A DNA stretch of 62,813 bases, filler included, from Aduncisulcus paluster (taxonomy: Eukaryota), in assembly GCA_024181965.1 (NCBI GenBank). It is 7 parts of 7 records of this genome, joined end to end, with 100 filler letters (N's around TTAATTAATTAA, not from the genome) between each part and the next. Parts side by side here need not be neighbours in the genome. Positions count along the whole stretch, not along the records: positions 46,994 to 53,963 come from BQXS01000017.1; positions 54,064 to 62,813 come from BQXS01000019.1; 5 more parts are not named here. One strand, 5' to 3'. The notes beneath the pieces were generated by a model, which saw nothing but the letters and a program-made list of their open reading frames with translations, was not told where the DNA came from and searched no databases. A program made the position numbers and the translations under genes. Every line of letters begins with the position of its first letter. Within the stretch, counting starts at the first letter, position 1. Positions 48,759-58,203 of this stretch are shown piece after piece.

Positions 48759-49116
48759 TCTGTCGGTAATTGTCGAAAACTCGAACTCTTGATGTGCGCT
48801 CCAAAAAGATGAAATAATTGATAATTTACTATATAAATTGAGTGTTTGTCTACTATTAAATAATAATTACAGTTATTATATCGTTCTCAACCTTTAAATC
48901 AAGCCATTAATTTTCAATGGCAATTTTGGCTGAAATACAAAGTTAATATGCAATATTTATAAGAATTTATTAAAATAGATAAAAATTAAGCAAAAATTTC
49001 GATTTAAAATTCAAATATACCTGTTTGAACAACCAAGATTCTGGGTTAGAAGAAAAAAGTGAAAACGAACGAAGAAATCTCGAAGAATACAAAAAAAGCG
49101 GCCGATTTTGAATGGA

Positions 49117-50056
49117 TTAATTGGGTTGAATGAAGATACTTTGATAAGGGAGATCTACACCAATTAAAATTTGGATTAATCCCATTGCAAGTCCACTTAC
49201 AACGGGTATCATGAAGTTATCGTCAAGGAATGCACAGAAAAGTTCTGTAAATCCGGCAGAAAAAGCTCCGAAAAGAGAAATAATTGATGAATTTACAACA
49301 TCAACTCCCCCGATTGAATGAATCACAACCATGCAGGAAATATAACAAACTATAATGTTTCCAACAAGCCCCTCCGCAGTTTTCTTTCCTACAAGTCTGT
49401 GTTTTCCATATGCTATTCCAACGAGTGCGGCAGATAGATCACCCAGCATCAGACAAATGATTGAAGCTATACCCAAGATTGGAGGAAGAAGTAAAACAAC
49501 CAAAAAGGCAGCAACCAAATAATATATAATACCTGTGAATCTTGTAACCTCTTTGGTTCTCATAAGAGGTCCAGCGATCACAATAAATAAAGCATTTACA
49601 GTGGGGAAGGTCATACGTGTTAATTCTGCAAACATAACAAGAATGGCGATTGAAGCAATTATAAAGGCCACTGAAGTTCTTTTAATAATACCTTTTTCGA
49701 TGAGAAAACCATACAAAAAAGGAACAAGGAGACCAACGAGATGAAAAGATTTCCGTTTGAATTCAGCAACTAATTTTGGTTGTCTATGCTTATCTACCCG
49801 AAAAATTGTTAAAAGATTTAATAAAAAGGGTGATATTGGAGCTTTAGCTGAAAATAAAGGTAAAATAGAAATAAAACCAAGAAAAAAACATAAGAAGGCA
49901 GAATACAACAAAAATAGTGATGAAAATATATTAAGTTGATTACTTACAGATAATGGGATCTGTGGTGGGCATGTGTGATATTTGATATGTCCGACAAAAC
50001 ACAAGAATCGACTTGCAAAGGGCTGGAAAATTAATGCGCCGTCCTAGTGGCATCAT
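49117..50056 (-). CDS. CTP-dependent polyprenol/diacylglycerol kinase family membrane protein (DGK1/VTE5/dolichol-kinase-like), one intron
   Basis: 'EFKRKSFHL', 'GDLSAALVGIAYG', 'KKTAEG', 'DDNFMIP', and multiple TM helices. Exon 1 is 50056-49948 with a GTAAGT donor at 49947. In-frame acceptors at 49794 (TTAAC branch candidate) or 49848. Confidence 0.82.
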
Positions 50057-50209
50057 AGTTTAAAAATTATTATTAAAACAACGTTTTATAGAAAATGAGA
50101 AAGGAGTCTTATCATGGGTCTTTTTTCGACACGTTTGGATCTTCCACTTTGAAAAACCCATTTTTTGAAACCCATTATCTCAGTCATTATCGATTCCATT
50201 TGAATTAAA

Positions 50210-50797
50210 ATGGCTGATCAGACAGAAAAATCGATGTATGCACAATTATATGAAAGATATAAAGAAGATTTACTAAGGGATATTGCATCTTTGGCAGAAG
50301 GTATGTCGATAAATTCAAAAAATTACTAATCAAGTATTTTTCATTGCCAGTCGATTTTAATATTGTTTTTATTTGTACTTTTTGATTATTTCAACTGCAT
50401 GGTGATTTGAACAATCATGGTTTTTGTAGGTACTGATCCAGAATTAATAAGGATGAATAAGGAATCTGAATCGTTTGCAGAGAAAAGAAGGCATATTTCG
50501 ATGTTAAAATTCTTTTATGAAGTACAACGAGCTAGAAATATGTTAGAGAGTGATCTTGGCGGAATCGAGAGAGATCTTCAACAATCATATATATTTAACA
50601 AAGAACTCACACTTCAAAAGATAGATATTAAACGAAGCGATAGCATTGAAGAAATGAAAGGATATTTGAAACCTTACGAAAAGGCAATTCCCAAAGAAGA
50701 TCTTCCAATGCTCTCTCTCCCCGAAATTCCAATTCGAAAAAGAAAGGCATCAAGTGATATTGTATTGGATCAGTCAAAATTTTCAATCGATGAATAA
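50210..50797 (+). CDS. Small coiled-coil protein, Sds3/BRMS1-like (Sin3-HDAC subunit candidate); exons 50210-50300 and 50430-50797
   Basis: Intron 50301-50429 (GTATGT...TTTGTAG) gives 'QLYERYKEDLLRDIASLAEGTDPELIRMNKESE...', resembling the Sds3 'L..L.EGT.PE' helix. Confidence 0.55.
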
Positions 50798-51271
50798 TAA
50801 TAACCTATATTTATTCGTTGATATTCGATGTGTTTTATTGTCAGTATCATATTCTATTTTTCAAGTATTTTATGCAAATTAATTGCAAATAAAGCTTTTA
50901 ATGAGATTTTCTAGGGCTGTTCTTTTGTTACATCTTTCAAAGTTGCTCTAGAGCGGCTGATCAACTCTGGGAAAAAAAAATCAGTTGTGGACAACGATGG
51001 AGGAAATTACTTTAGATTTAGCACTTGTAATTGCAAATAATCCAATTTCAGCAGCTAAAAAATCAGATTTGCTTAGGGATCTTAGCAATAGGGCTGTCTT
51101 AACAATTGCTATNNNNNNNNNNNNNNNNNNNNTTTTCAAGTATTTTATGCAAATTAATTGCAAATAAAGCTTTTAATGAGATTTTCTAGGGCTGTTCTTT
51201 TGTTACATCTTTCAAAGTTGCTCTAGAGCGGCTGATCAACTCTGGGAAAAAAAAATCAGTTGTGGACAACG

Positions 51272-53252
51272 ATGGAGGAAATTACTTTAGATTTAGCACT
51301 TGTAATTGCAAATAATCCAATTTCAGCAGCTAAAAAATCAGATTTGCTTAGGGATCTTAGCAATAGGGCTGTCTTAACAATTGCTATGAACCCAAAACAG
51401 CTTTCACTTGCTAAAGTTGCTGATTTATATTGCTTATCAGTTGCTTCAAAAGGTGTTAAAGATTTTTCATTGCGTTTTTCTGAATCTATACAATCATTAC
51501 ACGTAAGTTTGAAGGATGTGTCAAATGGAAATCTTATTAATGCTCTTTCAACTTTGACGGGATTAACTTTTGGTGAAACAGATATGTCTTCCATGCTCAC
51601 CCGGTCTTGGATGTACGAATTGATTATAGCTATTCTCGTTCGTATGCTTTCTTCTCCTGTGCCTCCACGGTTAGTTCCCTTTATTGTATTTCAGTTGACA
51701 TGTAATATTCGTGTTTCTGATATTACTCAAACCTTGGTTTCTTTGGTTTGTAGACGTTTTTCTGACAATATCCCCTTCATTCTCACCCTATTAAAATCTT
51801 GGCTTCAATTCCTTCACAAAGCCAATTTTGCTGCATTCCATCGTGAATCTGCAACCATTGTTCAGACTCTTCACGTATTTATGTCGTCAATTACTAAATT
51901 TACTTCAATTGGTAACATTTCCATTCTGTTGTATGATATGTTTGATATTGGAATTCAAATTGCCAATTTGGGAGGTTTATTAGCCATGACACAGGATTCT
52001 CCCTCCCAAAATTTCCTAACCACCCTATTTATTCTTGCGTGTATCCATTCCCATCTCATTCAGACATCCCATGCCACCCCTGTTTTCACTGCGACTCAAA
52101 ACATTATTCTGAGCCAAAAGGCCGTTCAATTCTTGATAACTTGGGTAGAGTGCGGTGGAGCTAGTTTTAAAGTCTTCACGCCCACACCCCGGAGTGCTGG
52201 ATCATTCGTTGTAACCCACACAGATCTCTCCCTCTCTTGTGTTCGGATGCTGTGTGAATTTAGCCGTAAATACTCACCATCACTCGTTCGTTGCACCCGT
52301 TTCCCCACGCCACCTTCCATTGCTTCCTCGTTAGCCTTTGGAGGAGGCAGTATGGGATCATCAAGGAGAGGAAAGAAGGGCAGAAAGAGGAACAAAAAGA
52401 CCGGTTCAAAATCTTTTGCTTCAACGTCTTCCATTTTTGATGACAAATCTGTAACCGAATCCCATGATTTTGAGGAACAGGAAACATCCGGAAAGCGAAG
52501 AAGTTCCTCATCACAAGCTCAGTCCGATGATCTTTCTAACGGAGACATGTGCATTTCACACTGTATTCAGAAGGAATGGTTTGATACTTGTGAACATCTC
52601 CCTGGGTTTCGGGCTTCCTTGTTCGATCTTTTGCGTGCATTGTTCATCATATCCCCTCCAGAACATCCCGCTCCCTTCATCCCCATGCTTTTATCGCTCT
52701 GTAACGAAGTGAGAACGAATTCGCGAGTGAGTAATAGGTTATCACTCAGTGCTGCCTCCTGCCTCGCTGCTGTCCAACTCTCTTTCCTCCCCAGTGGTGT
52801 ATGTACCCCGCAATCCGGTGACATTGTCAAAGTTATCCGTGTTCCAGTGATAGTTGAGGACCATTGTGTTCCATGTTCTTCTCATCCAGTGAGTAATGAG
52901 TTATCACTCGTTGCTGCCGCCAGTGAAGTCCAGGTTCCAAATCAATCATCCATGCCCATCCTTGGTCTTGTATCCGGTTCCAATAATCAGTCGAGTGGTA
53001 GTGATGGAAAGAGAAGGATCGACACGGGAAAAGATGAAGAAACTCAAGATAGACTGCAAAATGAAGAGATGGAAGAAGAAGAGGAACCGTCTGTGCCAAT
53101 GTTTGGAACTGAACTGGTTGATCGTACACCTATTCAAACCCCATATGAGTCTCCAATCCAAAGTGAAGGAGAAGATATCCGTGATGAAAGCAAATCTAAG
53201 CATATTTTCTCTCTGAAGGGAAAAGACGAGGAAAAGTTGCAACCCATAGAAA

Positions 53253-53283
<31 letters not shown>

Positions 53284-53296
53284 GGAGGAGGACGAC

Positions 53297-53328
<32 letters not shown>

Positions 53329-53365
53329 AGCTGGACACGCCCTTGATTTATCTACTTTCATGTGA
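51272..53365 (+). CDS. Helical-repeat protein with an acidic tail, PELP1/Rix1-like candidate
   Basis: Helical N-terminal region, basic loop 'RRGKKGRKRNKK', 'FRASLFDLLRALFIISPPEHPAPF...SAASCLAAV...P' resembling the PELP1 C-terminal helical region, and a poly-Glu tail. The 5' region is duplicated across the gap at 51113-51132. The CDS is solid; the family call is tentative. Confidence 0.55.
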
Positions 53366-53754
53366 ATCCTATAATTTTTAGGGATATTCTATCGCTCCCC
53401 TCGAACCATTAATGGTCACGATTATTTGTTCTGACTTTACATGCCAAATTAAATCCTGGTTTATCTTTTTTAAAATTTCTTACATCGGGCTAGTTCTCCG
53501 CTTCTCCCCCCTTTCCTCTCCTTTTTGCTTAACTTCACTTCCTCCGAAAATAAATCCGTGTTTCTCTCGTTGAGATCTCATTTTGGATTGTGTCAAAAAT
53601 TGTTGTTTGCAGGATGTTGATATTCTGAGTGAACCATTCCCGAATTCGTAATGTATTTGTGATGTGAGTCTTGCCATAACCATGTGAACCCTCATCCGCG
53701 AAGGTTTTCTCGATGTGCGCAATTATGATATGTTCTGTGTGAAATTTGAGGCGT

Positions 53755-53828
53755 GCCTTCGTAGCTCAGTTGGTTAGAGCACCCGGCTGTTAACCGGTAG
53801 GTCGTAGGTTCGAGTCCTACCGATGGCG
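53755..53828 (+). tRNA. trnN-GTT: tRNA-Asn (GTT)
   Basis: Acceptor GCCTTCG/CGATGGC (one U-U mismatch), D-arm GCTC/GAGC, anticodon arm CCGG-CTGTTAA-CCGG, T-arm GTAGG-TTCGAGT-CCTAC, discriminator G, no encoded CCA, TTTT terminator at 53830. Confidence 0.95.
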
Positions 53829-54063
53829 CTTTTCAGTCTTTCTTTCTTGATGCAGCGTTTCGCTCACACACTGATAAATGATGAAGATAGGAGATAGATA
53901 ATCATATCGTTGAAGAGAATACAGATTGCTGTGGTCCATTATCAACAGTTTTATAAAGTTTATNNNNNNNNNNNNNNNNNNNNNNNNNNNNNNNNNNNNN
54001 NNNNNNNTTAATTAATTAANNNNNNNNNNNNNNNNNNNNNNNNNNNNNNNNNNNNNNNNNNNN

Positions 54064-54733
54064 CATCAAGATTACCGACTCTTTGAGCCATACGTGCTAA
54101 TACCAACAAAAGGGGAGGAAGTTGGGCAAAATTGGGAATTGAAGAAGGATCAAATCCGGAAATTTCCATCATGCCTCGCCTCACGGGAATAGCAACATGT
54201 GTAGGATCACTTTCGGGGTTTCTGGCAAGAATATGAGCAAATAAATACCATGTCCACATCCTTAGCATCGAAATATTGGGCAATTTATCATATAATGGGC
54301 ATTTATATTCGGTTTTTAAAGGATCTTGAGTTGTTTTTTTTATGCCTTTCTTCTTTGCAAGTTCCTCTTGAAACTCTGCATCAGTTACAATTAAGAATTG
54401 GTGTAAAGCATTTTGGGCAGGAGCAAATGCCCCTTCACGTGCCAGAAAATGAGCTGCAATGAAGAATGCTGGGAAAAAGGTGGATTGGTTCTTGTTCTGA
54501 CTGAATTCAACACAAAGATCAAGAGCTCCTTGGTGTTTTGAAGGCTGGGATGTTCCCAGAGGATCAATCATTATTGAAAAGGCCAAATAAATCAAAGCCT
54601 CTTGTTTCTCTGTTGTTGATGCCTTCTTTTTTTTGGCGATGATATCACAGCGATCTGTACCATATTTCCACCAATCTTGGGCGGCTTTATATCTATCCTT
54701 GAGGGGTATTTCAAGAGATAAATCGAACATCAA
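54064..54733 (-). CDS. Alpha-helical (TPR-like) hypothetical protein, 3'-truncated
   Basis: Open frame running into the linker, with amphipathic helix pairs ('AFFIAAHFLAREGAFAPAQNALHQFL'). Confidence 0.6.
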
Positions 54734-54973
54734 ATTATTACTCCGAAGAAATGACGATTGATTCTCTCAATCATTTTTGAAACTTTAAACTGCAATATAC
54801 TCAGTAAAGAAATGTTATAAATATCATCATTTGTTTAAATTATTTTATTTTTATTTGTTGAATCTGCTTGGAGAAGCCTTTGTTACACCAATGGAAGAAA
54901 ACGAAAAAAAGTGCCCCATAAATTCTTACAATGTCATACAACTGTTTATTACGAATATTTGTTAAAAAATAGA

Positions 54974-55549
54974 TTATTTCGACGCAATATCAACTAATAA
55001 ATCAAAATATTTTGTTACATTTTCCTTACTTTGATCTAAACAAGAAGAGATCAAAAGACATCTTGACATTTCTTGAGGGAGATACATTTCTTGAGCGTGT
55101 TCTTCTAATGATTTCCTATTTGCAAAAACAATAATTTTAGATCCCACTTTAGTAGTAGCAATTGCAGAATAAAATGCATGAAGATCTCTGGCCGCTGATT
55201 TGTCTCCAGCTTTAATAACAATTGCAACTGCATCAAATAGAGGAGAAAAGGTCACAATTTGAGATAATCTAAAGCACAATAAAGAAAAATAAACAACAAA
55301 AATAACATCAAATACAAAAGAACAGGAATAATTGGAAACATACGTTGCATCTCCTCCAAAATCGAAAAAATCGATTTTTTTATGTCCATATTTTGTTTCT
55401 TTTTCTTTGGATAGAATTCTTAAAGTTGATTTCAGTGGGATAGATTGAAAATCTTTCAGTGGGAGTTCATCATTAACATAATAATCAACTAATGAACTTT
55501 TACCAGTAGAGCGCGGTCCTATTATTGCAATTTTTATGGTATCGGTCAT
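54974..55549 (-). CDS. IFT22: Rab-like small GTPase, IFT22/RABL5-like; intron 55269-55343
   Basis: G1 'IIGPRSTGKS', 'TLRIL', G3-like 'FFDFGGD', atypical G4, no C-terminal prenylation cysteines. A 75-nt GTATGT...TTTAG intron accounts for the hydrophobic insert. Confidence 0.6.
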   Translation of the reverse strand: MTDTIKIAIIGPRSTGKSSLVDYYVNDELPLKDFQSIPLKSTLRILSKEKETKYGHKKIDFFDFGGDATYVSNYSCSFVFDVIFVVYFSLLCFRLSQIVTFSPLFDAVAIVIKAGDKSAARDLHAFYSAIATTKVGSKIIVFANRKSLEEHAQEMYLPQEMSRCLLISSCLDQSKENVTKYFDLLVDIASK

Positions 55550-55894
55550 GTTTTAATGTATGGAGAAAACAAACCCGGAACCTTATTTTTCTATTTGAAA
55601 TTGGATAAATAATCTATAATTTCAATATGTAATAATTCAATTTTCTCCGGAATTCGTTAATTTCATTATTTATTTGCATATTACAAAAGTGTTGATGACG
55701 TTGAGTCAACAACTTGTTGAACATTGAGTCAATGTCACATTGACCGTCAAAGTACAACGTGACGTTGTTGATTGAGAAGGAATCATCGAGGATCAACTTG
55801 ATCGAAGGAGTGTGCAACTTGTTCAACAATCAACCATCAACTTCAAGCTTGAAATGAAATCTTCTCTCAATAGGAAACTTTCCTCTCTGCACAG

Positions 55895-56998
55895 TTAAAA
55901 ACTATTCCACGGAAGAAGACATAATCGTTCAACAATAATTTCCTCTGGAATGGCAGTAAAAACAAGGGAGTAGATGTAGAAATATCGACTATTCTTATCA
56001 CACCACCTTCCTTTCCCTTCAATTTCGCACAATACAACATTACACAAATCAATAGGAAGGAAGTGCCATTCAAATATACGTTCAGGTTGTGTGAATTCAT
56101 ACTTCTTGGATGTCTTCTTACCATCACAATCAGTGAAAGTGAAGAGAAGAGAGGGTGAACTCCAATTCTTCTCCACACATATATAAGCACCTTTCATTGG
56201 ACTTGATGAGAAAGGGATAGAAAGATGGGATAAGGGTACATCACATTCCCCTTTTAACATTTTTTGTGCTTTTGAACTTCTATCATAAAACTCAGATTCC
56301 TTACCATAAAAATCATCCTTGCACTTAACCATTGAGAACCAAGGATTTATAAGATGTGGATCATCATGTGGAATGGGAATAGATTTTCTACCTTTTGATT
56401 CTTTATCTCCTTCCTTAACAAACTCTGGTTTCACAACTGGAGCTTCAGACCATAGTTTCTCTCTGGCTTCACGAGATTTGATTTCTTCAGGAGTTTCTTC
56501 TCTACTAATGAAAACAAGGGAGTAGATTTGAAAACACTCTTCCTTTCTTCCTTTCCCTGTAATCTCACACAGAACAACATCAGGGAGATCAACAGGAAGG
56601 AAATACCAATAATAGCCTATAAATTCATGAAATTCGCATTTCTTGAATGTTTTCTCACCCTTTGAAGATGTGAGAGTGAAGATAAGGTGTGATGGAGGTG
56701 AAGAATTACCATGTAGACAGAAATAAGCCCCTTTCATTGGGGAAGATGAAGAGAAAGGAATGGAGATATGGGTAAATTGTCCATAATTACCCCCTCCTTT
56801 CATCATCCTTTGTGCCCAAGAACTCTGATCGTACCCATATTCACCTTCTTCCTTGGTTATATTAATTGCTTTGATAGTTGGAGACTCTGCACCCGTAATA
56901 TTGGGGGCATCTCCAGGAACCGGACAGCAACTCCCCGATCCTTCGTGAACAAACACAGGCTCCACAGTTTGAATAATAGCATCTGTGGATGAACTCAT
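55895..56998 (-). CDS. Lineage-specific two-domain protein, paralog C
   Basis: MSSSTD start, two family domains, and a C-terminal extension 'PEEIIVERLCLLPW'. Confidence 0.88.
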   Translation of the reverse strand: MSSSTDAIIQTVEPVFVHEGSGSCCPVPGDAPNITGAESPTIKAINITKEEGEYGYDQSSWAQRMMKGGGNYGQFTHISIPFSSSSPMKGAYFCLHGNSSPPSHLIFTLTSSKGEKTFKKCEFHEFIGYYWYFLPVDLPDVVLCEITGKGRKEECFQIYSLVFISREETPEEIKSREAREKLWSEAPVVKPEFVKEGDKESKGRKSIPIPHDDPHLINPWFSMVKCKDDFYGKESEFYDRSSKAQKMLKGECDVPLSHLSIPFSSSPMKGAYICVEKNWSSPSLLFTFTDCDGKKTSKKYEFTQPERIFEWHFLPIDLCNVVLCEIEGKGRWCDKNSRYFYIYSLVFTAIPEEIIVERLCLLPWNSF

Positions 56999-57813
56999 TT
57001 GAAATAGCGATAGAATATCTTATCTAAAAAAAATAAAACCAAGCAGAATAATATTAGTATTTGTAAACAAACAGAATAATTGCGAATTTCAAGGAGAACG
57101 ATCCGAGAAACAAAGACAAAACTAATAAAACGAAAAAGAAGCAACCACACAGCACAATATAGTTAGTATAATTGAATGAATCCAATTGAAATATTTCTTA
57201 ATATACATTTAATAAAAGATATGACATATAGTAAACATACAATTTGTTTGAAGGCCAAGAAACCGAAAAAATCGAGGACTGAACATCAACCCTTCAATAG
57301 ATAAGATTGGAAATTTAAAAAAACGCATATAAACGAGTCCAATGCCGATAAATGCTAAAAACATGTTTTATTTTCATTTCCATGCTTATTCTCGATAATA
57401 TCGACGATATTATCAAGTCGATATCTCAGGCTTTTGGGACCCTTCAGGACTGGATATAGTTCTATTTCACGTGTTAAGAACATTTATGAACGATTTCAAT
57501 GCTATTCAATAACATGGATATATTTCCATTTCATTTCTATCCTTATCCTTGCCTTTCTGTTCATTTTCACTTGCTTTTGCTTACAATCAAAAATATCAAG
57601 AACTCGGAATACGATGGTATACATATGTCCGTATACTGCTACGAATCTAATCCCCTGATGCTTCATGGAACACGACATTTCCTCCCCGAATTCCAACTCC
57701 AACTCCAACGCTCCAATGCCAGATCCTGATCATCTGCTTCATTTAATACTGAGATTTGTGCTATTTCACCCTAGCTTGACAATGTGACAATCATGGAAAG
57801 TGATTTCGTAGGT

Positions 57814-57921
57814 TTTTGAATTGCAGTTGGAATGGGTGTGGTTATCAGTGTTTGGAATGAAGCCTTTCTTACATTAAGTGTTGGTGAAAGAGCCATGATT
57901 GTAATAAAATCGATCCTGACC
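57814..57921 (+). pseudogene. FKBP-type peptidyl-prolyl isomerase fragment
   Basis: From 57820: 'IAVGMGVVISVWNEAFLTLSVGERAMIV', then a frameshifted 'IDPD'. This matches FKBP 'G.G.VI.GW.E....MSVG.RA.L.I.PD'. In-frame TGA immediately upstream. Confidence 0.65.
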
Positions 57922-58203
57922 CCCCTGCCCCCCTGACGCCAATATACCAATAAAATTTTGACATGACAATATAATGGTTAAATAACACTTATATACTTAA
58001 AGAAAGTAAAATATTCGGATGATAATTAACATTAATTTGCCAATCTACCTCCAAATCGGATTTTGTTGCTAGATATTGGAATGAGTGCAAATATCTATTT
58101 ATTATTCTATATTATAAAATAATTCCAGATTTTATTAATATGTGTTGCCCTTTTATTTTTCCTTTTATGAGGTTGACTTGGGATATCAATAAGCGAGAAT
58201 ATC

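Noticed and set aside
48930-49020. Intron-like segment (GTATAT...TTAAC...TTTCAG, minus strand) upstream of the HYDIN-like ORF
   Set aside because: All three frames after the acceptor hit stops before the ORF, so I could not build a coding exon chain.
55614-55860. Short minus-strand ORF with coding-like composition between IFT22-like and paralog C
   Set aside because: There is an in-frame stop just upstream, no ATG start and no recognisable motif. It may be a gene relic, but I cannot support a call.
2234-56998. Diversity-generating retroelement as the source of family hypervariability
   Set aside because: Several variable codons differ at positions 1-2 with a pyrimidine third base, but TGG codons also occur. 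No template/variable repeat pair is visible, and both RTs in the window are ordinary Gypsy and non-LTR types on another contig.
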